64,000 nt of DNA from Candidatus Multivoradales bacterium (GTDB lineage Bacteria > Acidobacteriota > Thermoanaerobaculia > Multivoradales > Multivoraceae). The stretch spans positions 1,216,001 through 1,280,000 of the forward strand of contig CBDCWI010000001.1 in the NCBI GenBank assembly GCA_965223325.1. The letters are read 5' to 3'. A program made the translations under genes and the position numbers. Positions 56,106 through 64,000 of this stretch are shown here, piece by piece. Numbering within the stretch: position 1 is the stretch's first letter; every line of letters starts with the position of its first letter. The notes beneath the pieces were generated by a model. That model saw only the letters and a program-made list of their open reading frames with translations. It was not told the origin of the DNA and did no database searches.

Positions 56106-57314
56106 ATGCGCCTCGATCCTCACCGTCCGCCTCTGCCTGACTCTTCACCGGTACGTCTGGACCGTGCCTACGAAGTCGATGAACTGCCGACCCCGGCCCT
56201 GGTGCTCGACCTCGAGGCCGTCGAGCGCAACATCACGCGCATGGCGACCCACGCCGAGACCTGCCGCATTGGCCTCCGGCCGCACACCAAGACCCACAAG
56301 TGCCCGATGCTCGCGCACCGCCAGATGGCCGCCGGGGCGCTCGGCGTGTGCTGCGCCAAGATCTCAGAAGCCGAGGTGATGCTGCACGCCGGCATCGAGC
56401 ACGTCCTGGTCACCTCACCGGTCTTCGGGTACGACAAAGTGACGCGAGTCGTCGAAGCGGCGCGAGTTTCGAGTGGCCGGTTGGCAATCGTCGTCGACTG
56501 CATCGAGGGTGCCCGACAGCTCGACGAGGTGGCCTCGAGCGCCGGCGTCGTGGTCACGGTCTTGATCGACTGCGACCCCGGCCTGCACCGCACCGGGGTT
56601 CCCCTCGGTGACGCCTGCGTAGCACTGGCGGAGGAGATCGATCGCTACCGGGCACTGGAACTCATGGGCCTACAGTGTTACGCCGGGCATCTCATGCACC
56701 TCGACAACTGGCAGGAGCGCTCCGAGAAATCCACCGCGATTCTCCAAGAGGTCCACGAGACGCGCCAGCGGATCGAAAAGGGCGGCATCAGCCTGCCAAC
56801 GCTCACCGGCGGCGGAACGGGCACCTTCGATATCGACTGCCGCGACCACGACTTCACTGACCTACAAGTCGGCTCGTACCTCTTGATGGATGCTGAGTAC
56901 GGTGCGATTCCCGATCGTGACGGCTACCCCCTCAACCAGGTCTTCGAGACCGGTCTCTTCGTTCTCACCACCGCCATCAGTCAGTCGGTGCCGCACCTGA
57001 TCACCATCGACGCCGGCTTCAAGGCCATTTCGCCCGACTCGGTGCCTCCCGAACTGCTCGCTGTCGAGAACTCGGGCACCGCGGGCCGGGAGAGCGTCAA
57101 GTATCACTTCGCCGGCGATGAACACGGCATGGTGCAACTGCTCGATCCGGACGGCTCTGGCGGCTCCGGCCAGCAAATCGCGCTGGGCGACAAGCTGCGC
57201 TGGCGGGTTTCGCACTGCGATCCAACGGTCAACCTCTACGACCACGTCTGGGTGCTCGCCGGCGGAAAAGTCGAGGAGATCTGGCCGATTGCGGCGCGCG
57301 GCCGAAGCCAATAG
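56106..57314 (+). CDS. DSD1 family PLP-dependent enzyme (D-threonine aldolase/D-serine dehydratase-like)
   Basis: TPALVLD, RPHTKTHK (PLP Lys), GGGTGT, QVGSY, DAGFKA, GDEHG, HCDPTVN. Confidence 0.9.
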   Translation: MRLDPHRPPLPDSSPVRLDRAYEVDELPTPALVLDLEAVERNITRMATHAETCRIGLRPHTKTHKCPMLAHRQMAAGALGVCCAKISEAEVMLHAGIEHVLVTSPVFGYDKVTRVVEAARVSSGRLAIVVDCIEGARQLDEVASSAGVVVTVLIDCDPGLHRTGVPLGDACVALAEEIDRYRALELMGLQCYAGHLMHLDNWQERSEKSTAILQEVHETRQRIEKGGISLPTLTGGGTGTFDIDCRDHDFTDLQVGSYLLMDAEYGAIPDRDGYPLNQVFETGLFVLTTAISQSVPHLITIDAGFKAISPDSVPPELLAVENSGTAGRESVKYHFAGDEHGMVQLLDPDGSGGSGQQIALGDKLRWRVSHCDPTVNLYDHVWVLAGGKVEEIWPIAARGRSQ

Positions 57315-57371
57315 ACGCGACCTGGGACCCCGACAAGAGATAGCCTCCGACTCTCACCACGAAGGGATCCC

Positions 57372-58076
57372 ATGGAACTGACACCTGATCTGATCGCCTC
57401 GGCCGTCGCATGGTTTGCGGTCTTCGTCTTCTCGACCACCCTGCATGAGGCAGCCCACGCCTGGGCGGCGCTCCGGCTCGGCGACGAGACGGCCTACGCC
57501 GGCGGCCAGGTCTCGCTCAACCCTGCGCCGCACATCGCGCGCGAGCCGTTCGGAATGGTGCTCGTTCCGCTGGTCTCATTCTTCCTACAGAACGGCCAAT
57601 GGATGATCGGCTGGGCAAGTGCACCCTACGACCCGCAGTGGGCCCAGCGCTACCCCAAGCGCAGCGCACTGATGGCACTCGCCGGTCCGGTTGCCAACCT
57701 GCTGCTCGTTCTGGCTTCAGGCGTTGCCCTCAAACTCGGTTTGATGACCGGCTTCTTTGTCGTCCCGCAGGAGTTCGAAGGGCTCTCGAACCTGGCTGCG
57801 GGGAGCGACGCTCCTCTCTCTGAAGGCCTGGCGATGATCTTCGGTATCGCGTTTCTGCTCAACCTGGTCCTGTTTCTCTTCAACCTGCTACCGCTGCCGC
57901 CGATGGACGGGAGCGCCGTGATTCAGTACTTCATGCCTGAAGACACGGCCCGCAAGTTCCAGGTCTTCTTGTACCAACCCATGTGGGCGTTGGTGGGCCT
58001 CCTGGCGGCGTGGCGGTTTTTCCCGGTGGTCTTCGGGCCCGTGTATCAGTTCGCCGTGCGCCTTCTGTGGTCGTAG
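57372..58076 (+). CDS. Site-2 protease (M50) family
   Basis: HEAAH, ALAGP.AN, FNLLPLPPMDG. Confidence 0.92.
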   Translation: MELTPDLIASAVAWFAVFVFSTTLHEAAHAWAALRLGDETAYAGGQVSLNPAPHIAREPFGMVLVPLVSFFLQNGQWMIGWASAPYDPQWAQRYPKRSALMALAGPVANLLLVLASGVALKLGLMTGFFVVPQEFEGLSNLAAGSDAPLSEGLAMIFGIAFLLNLVLFLFNLLPLPPMDGSAVIQYFMPEDTARKFQVFLYQPMWALVGLLAAWRFFPVVFGPVYQFAVRLLWS

Positions 58077-58094
58077 AGCTATGCCCCTCCTCTC

Positions 58095-59081
58095 TCAAAT
58101 GTCTGGTAGAGCCATCACCCCGAGGAACCCGCGGATCACGACAAGGGCCACCACCAGAGCCACCAGCAGGTAGACAACCACCGGCACGACAACAGCCACC
58201 TGATTGGCGCGTTGGTCGCCACGTTCTTCGAGCACCGCCGCTGCGGCGGCAACCGAAGTCTCGAGAGTCCCTCCCGCCTCCCCCAGGCGAACCGCATCTG
58301 CCAACTCGCGTGGGATCGCAGGTTCCGCGCCATGAGCCGCGCCGAGATCGGCGCCCGCAGCGACACGCCCAGCGACTCGTTCCCCAGCTTCGCGAAGCGG
58401 CGTCCATCCCGTCGCCTCAGTGGCCAGACGGAGGCTTCGCGACAGAGCGAGCCCGGCGCCTAGCGCCATCGACATCGCAAAGCCATAGTCAGACGCCGCG
58501 CGTAGCCGCACAGCCGTTCCGGCCATCGGCACCACCGCCGCCAGGTCGGTGAGCCGGCGGCGGCCTGGTTCGGTAGCAGCGACTCGCGAGACCAGGACTG
58601 CGGTGCCCAACGTGACCCCCCACAGCAGTGCCAGCTTCGGAATCACAAACGCCATGAACGGCCCTACCCCTTGCACGACCAGAGGTGCTCCCACCGCCAG
58701 GATCGCGGCGTTCAGGAGCAGCCACGGATAGGCAAGGCTGAAGAGCATTCGGCGCCGCCGAGACGCCTTCTTCTCGAGGCGTGCCGCCTGCCGTTCGAGC
58801 ATCTGAGGCAACGTTCCGGACTCTTCTCCTGCTTCCAGGAGCAGCGCCTCGTCTTGGGGAATCTCTCGTTGCTGCTGCGCGCCCTGGAGCGCTTTGGCAA
58901 CCGATTGGCCACGATCGAGGTCCGCCGCCACTTGCTCGAATACCTGCCCCAGCTGCCCGGCCCGCGGCGCCACGAGACGCAGCGCTCCAGAAAGCGGCAG
59001 ACCCGCATCGATCGCGCGCCCCAACGCGGAATAGGTCTCCGCCCGCTCCGCGGTCTTGCCGACCCCAAGGAACCCGGCCAC
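58095..59081 (-). CDS. Type II secretion/type IV pilus inner-membrane platform protein (GspF/PilC family)
   Basis: AGLPL..AL, GEESGTL, LAYP, second GEAGGTL repeat, C-terminal TM helix. Confidence 0.85.
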   Translation of the reverse strand: MAGFLGVGKTAERAETYSALGRAIDAGLPLSGALRLVAPRAGQLGQVFEQVAADLDRGQSVAKALQGAQQQREIPQDEALLLEAGEESGTLPQMLERQAARLEKKASRRRRMLFSLAYPWLLLNAAILAVGAPLVVQGVGPFMAFVIPKLALLWGVTLGTAVLVSRVAATEPGRRRLTDLAAVVPMAGTAVRLRAASDYGFAMSMALGAGLALSRSLRLATEATGWTPLREAGERVAGRVAAGADLGAAHGAEPAIPRELADAVRLGEAGGTLETSVAAAAAVLEERGDQRANQVAVVVPVVVYLLVALVVALVVIRGFLGVMALPDI

Positions 59082-59128
59082 TGCCTATGCCGCCCGACCT
59101 GGACTCGCGAAGCGGCCACGAGAGCGAC

Positions 59129-59869
59129 TCATGCGCTTTTGCTCGCGATTCGCGCCCGCGCTTTGTCGACACTTCGCAGTGCCTCGCGACGCGACAAAGC
59201 GCTCAGGCGCCCTTCATTGGCAGCGACGTAGCGCACGACCTCTTCGGGATCCGTCCAGCCGTAGTGACGCAGCGCCCAGCCGATCGCCTTGCGAATGAAG
59301 AACTCACGACTGGCGAGATTCGGTTCGATCGTGCGGTAGAGAAGCGAAAGGTCTGTGTCTCCTCTACGGGTCAGCTGGCAGATGATCGCCGAACGGCGCT
59401 TCCACATCGCACCGGTTTCGCCCAGCCTGGTGCGACTCCACGCCAGCATGATCTTCGTCATCCGGCGTGGAAACTTCTCGAGCAATCTGCCGAGGCGATG
59501 GCTGGCAATCGGATCGACCAGATCCCACCAGGCGCCGGTCGTGATCATCTCCTCATACATCGCTAGAAGCTCGAGCGTTTGATAATCGTCGTAGGCCTTC
59601 GCTTCACAGAGCTCGATCGCCGCGTAGCGCTCCTCACGAAACCGCGCTCGACGCCACAGCGCCAGGACCGTGTCGCGGAGGTCATCAGCACTGGTAAAAG
59701 GGTGTTTTGCAATCAGCGGTTTCAAAAGCCGCCGCAACTCAGGCATGCGCACGCCGTGGTACGGCATCGCGGATTTCATGTAGGCCTGTTGGCCCCTCCC
59801 GCGCACCGGATCGGCGGCCGCCTCGAGCTCGCGTTGAAGCCGACGGATGAGGCCTCGACGGACAGTCAA
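59129..59869 (-). CDS. DNA alkylation repair protein (AlkD-like)
   Basis: AYMKS..GV..P, REERY, WWDLVD, W.RR.AI, EFFIRKAIGWALR, LSRREA; TTG start with GGGAGAG RBS. Confidence 0.88.
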   Translation of the reverse strand: MTVRRGLIRRLQRELEAAADPVRGRGQQAYMKSAMPYHGVRMPELRRLLKPLIAKHPFTSADDLRDTVLALWRRARFREERYAAIELCEAKAYDDYQTLELLAMYEEMITTGAWWDLVDPIASHRLGRLLEKFPRRMTKIMLAWSRTRLGETGAMWKRRSAIICQLTRRGDTDLSLLYRTIEPNLASREFFIRKAIGWALRHYGWTDPEEVVRYVAANEGRLSALSRREALRSVDKARARIASKSA

Positions 59870-59882
59870 GAGTCGCTCTCCC

Positions 59883-61553
59883 CTACTTCCCGTGTAGAGC
59901 CTTCCAGGCCTCCTCGAACTCATTGCCCGGAACCCAGGTCGGCATTTCCGACGCATTGGCGACGCGCGAGGCGGCGACAAACAACAAGCGCATGTCGCGC
60001 TCGGCACCCGCGAGGTTCCACTCTTCGCGGACTTCGTCTGACGGCTGGTGATAGTGCGCTTCGCGATAGGCACTCGGGTCGAAGGCGAGGGGCGGATCGA
60101 AGTCGCTCCCGGGAAGTACAAAGAGGGCAGGTATACCGGCCTTTGCGAAGTTGACCTGGTCGGAACGGTAGAAGCTACCTGCCCGCGGCCTTGGGTCGCC
60201 GGTGATGACGACGCCCTGTTCGGACGCGACTTCGTGCAGGGTCTTGCCGAGCGTGTTGGTGTCGTCGCCAATGGCCGCGAGGTCTCGGGTTGGCCCAAAG
60301 ATCTGCGGCATGTCGACGTTGAAGTTGGCCACCAGGCGGCGCTGTTCGAACGGCGGTCTGGCCACAAACCACTTGCTGCCCAGTGACCCCTTTTCCTCGG
60401 CAGCACACGCCAGGAAGAGAATCGATCGCCGCGGACGCGGTTCCGACGCGGCAAAGGCCCGTGCCAGTTGAATGATCGAGGCGGTGCCGGCTGCGTTGTC
60501 CCAGGCGCCGTTCCAGACCTGATCGCCCTCGAGGTCGGGATTGGTTCCGAGGTGATCGTAGTGAGCCGAGAACACGATGACCTGCTCCTCGAGTTCCGGG
60601 TCAGACCCAACGAGCAGCCCGACGACGTTGGCAGTCGGCGAACGACGCACCGCGGTCTCGATGTGCGCGTCGACGGTGAAGCCCGTATCGACCGGCGCAA
60701 AGTCGCGATTGGCTGCCATCGCAAACAGGCCATCGACGTCGGTGCCCATCGCCTCAGCCACGATGCCCGAGGTCTCGACATCGAGCCACCCCAACAGGTC
60801 GACTTTGTAGCCGGTGCCTTCGAGGTCGAGCGCGAAGTGCTCTTCGCGGCCATTGAACTGCACGACGCTCCACGGGTAGCTGGCCGATGGCGTGGTGTGA
60901 ATCACGATCGCGCCGGCTGCTCCCATGCGCATGGCCTGTTCGTACTTGTAGGTCCAGCGACCGTAGTAGGTGCGCGCTTCGCCGCCGAACAGCTCCACTC
61001 CATCCTCGATGATCGGAGGATCATCGTTGAGAAAGAGCAAGACCTTGCCGGTCATGTCCTGCTCCTTGTAGTCGTCCCAGCCGTACTCGGGCGCCGAGAC
61101 ACCATAGCCAACGAAGACCAGGGGGGCATCTGCGACGTCGACCGACGGCTTCTGCGTAGACGACCAGTACGACACGTTCTCAGTCGGTCGCAGGTCGAGC
61201 GCTCCGGCGGGACCCGTGATGGCGAGCGTCGAGCGCTCGGCGACCTTCTGGGTGCCGACGAGTTCGAACTCCTGCCGGTAGGAACCGTTGAGCGGCACGA
61301 GCCCCACCTCCTTGAACCGACTCTCGATGTGGGCGGCCGCCATCGCCTCACCTTCGGTGCCAGTGCCACGACCGCCCATCGCATCGTCGGAGAGGACGAG
61401 TACGTCGGCGAGAATGCCGGCGGCGTCGATCGACGCCGCTGCCGCTGTGTCGGTTGCCGGTGGCGTGTCAGGCGAAGCGGGTGCTGGTTCCGAACGGTCG
61501 CAACCGACTGCCAGCATGGCAGCGACAAAGGCGAGTGGGAACAGTTTCTTCAT
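59883..61553 (-). CDS. M28 family peptidase with PA domain; lipoprotein
   Basis: Lipobox AVG-C, GRGTGT, FVGYG, YYGRWTYK, AHYDHLG, NGAWDNAAG, AEEKG, RSD, YHQPSD. Confidence 0.92.
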   Translation of the reverse strand: MKKLFPLAFVAAMLAVGCDRSEPAPASPDTPPATDTAAAASIDAAGILADVLVLSDDAMGGRGTGTEGEAMAAAHIESRFKEVGLVPLNGSYRQEFELVGTQKVAERSTLAITGPAGALDLRPTENVSYWSSTQKPSVDVADAPLVFVGYGVSAPEYGWDDYKEQDMTGKVLLFLNDDPPIIEDGVELFGGEARTYYGRWTYKYEQAMRMGAAGAIVIHTTPSASYPWSVVQFNGREEHFALDLEGTGYKVDLLGWLDVETSGIVAEAMGTDVDGLFAMAANRDFAPVDTGFTVDAHIETAVRRSPTANVVGLLVGSDPELEEQVIVFSAHYDHLGTNPDLEGDQVWNGAWDNAAGTASIIQLARAFAASEPRPRRSILFLACAAEEKGSLGSKWFVARPPFEQRRLVANFNVDMPQIFGPTRDLAAIGDDTNTLGKTLHEVASEQGVVITGDPRPRAGSFYRSDQVNFAKAGIPALFVLPGSDFDPPLAFDPSAYREAHYHQPSDEVREEWNLAGAERDMRLLFVAASRVANASEMPTWVPGNEFEEAWKALHGK

Positions 61554-61644
61554 GAGAGCCTCTCGGCCGAAGCCAAAGCGGAATGGAAGGGTCTGGATTG
61601 GAACGTGCTGAGTGATCGGGGCTCGCACGGGGGCTACTCCGGGG

Positions 61645-62712
61645 CTATCGCGGGGTCCAGTCGTCGTCAGAGGTCAACGACTCCGCGAAGGCTGCCAAGA
61701 GGTCTGCGGCCCGTTCGATGTCGGCGAGCGAAATCGTCTCTACCGCACTATGCATGTAACGGTTTGGAATCGACACCAGTCCAGTGGCAATGCCGGCCCG
61801 GGTGACTTGGACGGTGTTGGCATCGTTGGGCGTCGCGCGACCAATAGCCGCCAGCTGGTAGTCCATCTTCGCCGATTCCGCCAATTCGATCAGCCGCTCG
61901 GTCACCACCGGGTTCATATTGGGACCGCGATAGATCACCGGCCCACCGCCGAGTGAGATCTCGCCCTCCTGCTTCTTGGAGATCGTCGGGCAGTCTGTGG
62001 CGTGGGTGACATCGACCGCGATCGCAACCTGCGGGTCGACTCCGTAGGCGCTGGTGCGCGCGCCGCGCAGACCGATCTCTTCCTGCACCGTGGAAACCGC
62101 ATGAACCCCAGCCGTCGCCTTCGTTGCCCGGCGCAGGGCCTCGGTGACCACCCAGAGCCCTGTTGTGTTGTCCATCTTCGGCGCCGTCGCCAGACCGTTC
62201 TTGAGTTCCTGAAAGCCGAGGACGAACGTCACCGGATCACCAATGCGAACCAGCTTCGCGGCCTCCTTCTTGTTCTTGGCGCCAATGTCGAGCCACAGTT
62301 CCTTCTGATCGACGACCTTGCGGCGCTCGCTCTCGCTCAACAGATGAATCGGCTTACGCGCGATGACCGCCGGCAGCGGCCCCTCTTTGGTCCAGATCGT
62401 CATGCGTTGCCCGACGAGGTTCTGCGGGTCCCACCCACCGATCGTCTGCGTGTAGAGATAACCCTGCTTGTCGATGTAGGAGACCAGAAGACCGATCTGG
62501 TCGCAGTGGCCGGCGAACATCAGCCGGTTGGGCGCCTCGGGGTTGCGCGACATCACGACGTTGCCGTGGGTGTCGGTGCGGACTGAGTCGGCGAAGCCAC
62601 CAGCGTAGTCTCGAACGATCGCCTGAACCGGCTGTTCGTAGCCGGAAGGGCTGGGGGTTTCGAGCAGTTTCTTGAGAAAATCGAGCGGGGCCTTCTTGAT
62701 GGGCGTCTTCAT
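61645..62712 (-). CDS. M42 family metallo-aminopeptidase
   Basis: PSGYE, HCDQIG, IGG.D, DN, QEEIGLRGA, DVTH, RYMHS. Confidence 0.92.
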   Translation of the reverse strand: MKTPIKKAPLDFLKKLLETPSPSGYEQPVQAIVRDYAGGFADSVRTDTHGNVVMSRNPEAPNRLMFAGHCDQIGLLVSYIDKQGYLYTQTIGGWDPQNLVGQRMTIWTKEGPLPAVIARKPIHLLSESERRKVVDQKELWLDIGAKNKKEAAKLVRIGDPVTFVLGFQELKNGLATAPKMDNTTGLWVVTEALRRATKATAGVHAVSTVQEEIGLRGARTSAYGVDPQVAIAVDVTHATDCPTISKKQEGEISLGGGPVIYRGPNMNPVVTERLIELAESAKMDYQLAAIGRATPNDANTVQVTRAGIATGLVSIPNRYMHSAVETISLADIERAADLLAAFAESLTSDDDWTPR

Positions 62713-63182
62713 GGTCGAGAGTCCATCACCCTAGGAGCCCGGCGTGCAAGTCTCGTGTGGCTGAGCGCGGCGACCTGGGCTCTCTGTTCGTGCCCAGGCG
62801 AGGAGGCGATGTCCGCGCATCGTCGACGAGTCCTGGGTGCGGACAGAGAGCCCACAGGCTTCCAGGACCTGGGCCGCGCCCCTTGGGTTTGACGGCGTGG
62901 GCCCACCTGCGGCACGGCGCACGCTCGATGATGAACAACGCATCACTCTCGCGCACGGCGCACCACATCTGGACCCACGGCGCTCAAACTCAGCCACACG
63001 TCGCGCGTTCGAACTCGCACATCCACAGCAGATCGGTGCAGCGAACTGGACCGCTAGGACCGTTCCGGAACACCCCCTGGAACCCCCGCGAGACGCTCCT
63101 CCCACGACTCGGAGCCCGCAAACCCCCGAGAAACCTAGACGAATAGCAATTTTTCGATTTCATGTAGTTAAACGAGGAATTC

Positions 63183-63198
63183 TGGCAAGGCGCTTGCA
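63183..63198 (+). promoter_or_regulatory. Putative sigma54 promoter upstream of the PilZ gene
   Basis: TGGCAAGGCGCTTGCA fits TGGCA-N6-TTGCA; AT-rich tract just upstream (about 63141..63181). Confidence 0.7.
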
Positions 63199-63432
63199 GT
63201 CTCTCAATCCTGAGGAACGGGACACTGATTGTGCCCCATGCCCTCGGGCCCACTTCGGGCCCGGCACTCTGCCCCGCTCCTCTTTCCTTCTCTCTTCTCT
63301 TCTTCTTGCCCATCGCTTCTTTTCGAAGAACACGCTGTCGCCCGTCCGGGGCGACAGCGGCCTCCTTCGTTTTCTTCCCGCAGTACGCTGACGACGGCCA
63401 GTCTCCAGCCGCGCAGCCAGAGGAGAGCCCTC

Positions 63433-63858
63433 ATGACCGACCACGCAACGCTGTCCGCCGAACGAGAACGGCGCGAATTTTCCCGCTACGAATCTTCATC
63501 GATTGAAAGCTCGATCGACTTCGACCAGCTGATCGAAGTCAACGTGCGTGACCTCAGTCGCGGCGGCATGGCCTTCGACACCGCTGAGCGCCCGGGAGTT
63601 GGCCGCAGCTACACCGTCCGTCTGCAACTTGGTCGCGAGAAGCTGACCGTGCGCGGTCGCGTCGTCTGGTCCCACATCGCCGCCACGACGGCCTCCAAAG
63701 ACGGCGACTGCGTCGCGGTCTACCGTGCCGGGATCCGCTTCGAGCCCGTGCTCGGTCCCGAGATGGAGGGCGTCCTGCAAAAGCTCGAACAGCAGGCCTT
63801 CATCACCCGCGGCGGCGCCTCGTCCGATAGCAAGGGCCGGCGCTCACGTTTCTCCTGA
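63433..63858 (+). CDS. PilZ domain (c-di-GMP-binding) protein
   Basis: AGGAG RBS; ERREFSR (RxxxR), DLSRGG (DxSxxG), GRVVW, GIRF. Confidence 0.88.
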   Translation: MTDHATLSAERERREFSRYESSSIESSIDFDQLIEVNVRDLSRGGMAFDTAERPGVGRSYTVRLQLGREKLTVRGRVVWSHIAATTASKDGDCVAVYRAGIRFEPVLGPEMEGVLQKLEQQAFITRGGASSDSKGRRSRFS

Positions 63859-63999
63859 GCGGCTCGGCTCCAGGCCGAAGACCCGCTCCGCATTCGCGGT
63901 TGTCACTCGAGCGGCCGTCTCGAGATCAATCTCCTTGAGCTGCGCCAACTTCTTCAGCGTGCGAACGACAAAGGCCGGCTCATTGATGCCCGAAGGACC
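63844..63999 (-). CDS. C-terminus of a TatD family hydrolase, truncated by the window edge
   Basis: Minus-strand translation NEPAFVVRTLKKLAQLK...TTANAERVFGL resembles TatD C-termini. Confidence 0.7.
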   Translation of the reverse strand, partial: GPSGINEPAFVVRTLKKLAQLKEIDLETAARVTTANAERVFGLEPSRSGET

Positions 64000-64000
64000 T

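Noticed and set aside
59870-60853. 574-aa ORF 59129..60853 as one fused protein
   Set aside because: Its N-terminal part is an off-frame overlap of the M28 gene; the AlkD-like part has its own RBS and TTG at 59869.

Overview
GC-rich bacterial chromosome window. Gene content points to Acidobacteriota, probably Thermoanaerobaculia-like (inference). The left 42 kb is a large, poorly characterised envelope locus. It holds two tandem paralogous TonB-dependent receptors, a carboxypeptidase-regulatory-like/TPR protein, two sulfatase-like-TPR fusions with a Thr (TLPSH) in place of the Cys/Ser motif, five CRTAC1/ASPIC-UnbV FG-GAP proteins interleaved with four secreted TPR proteins, a VWA protein, DUF3179 and an M16 protease pair coupled to one CRTAC1 gene. 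Inside this locus lie an M12 metalloprotease and a REP-associated HUH tyrosine transposase (RAYT-like). The transposase is flanked by inverted repeat doublets and by a non-coding array of about 3.7 x 300 bp with an A/B/A/B pattern and GTAG-type motifs. Each receptor gene is followed directly by a related array of ~150-bp multi-hairpin repeats. The right 22 kb is mostly housekeeping (M48, trkA/trkH, GH109, enoyl-CoA hydratase, RidA, serine hydrolase, MATE, AhpD-like, DSD1-like, M50, GspF/PilC, AlkD, M28, M42, PilZ, partial TatD). It also contains four co-oriented DnaA-box matches and an apparently internally deleted PhyH gene. Two sigma54-like promoters precede receptor 2 and the PilZ gene. No rRNA, tRNA or CRISPR was seen. 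All family calls come from motifs read by eye, with no database searches.
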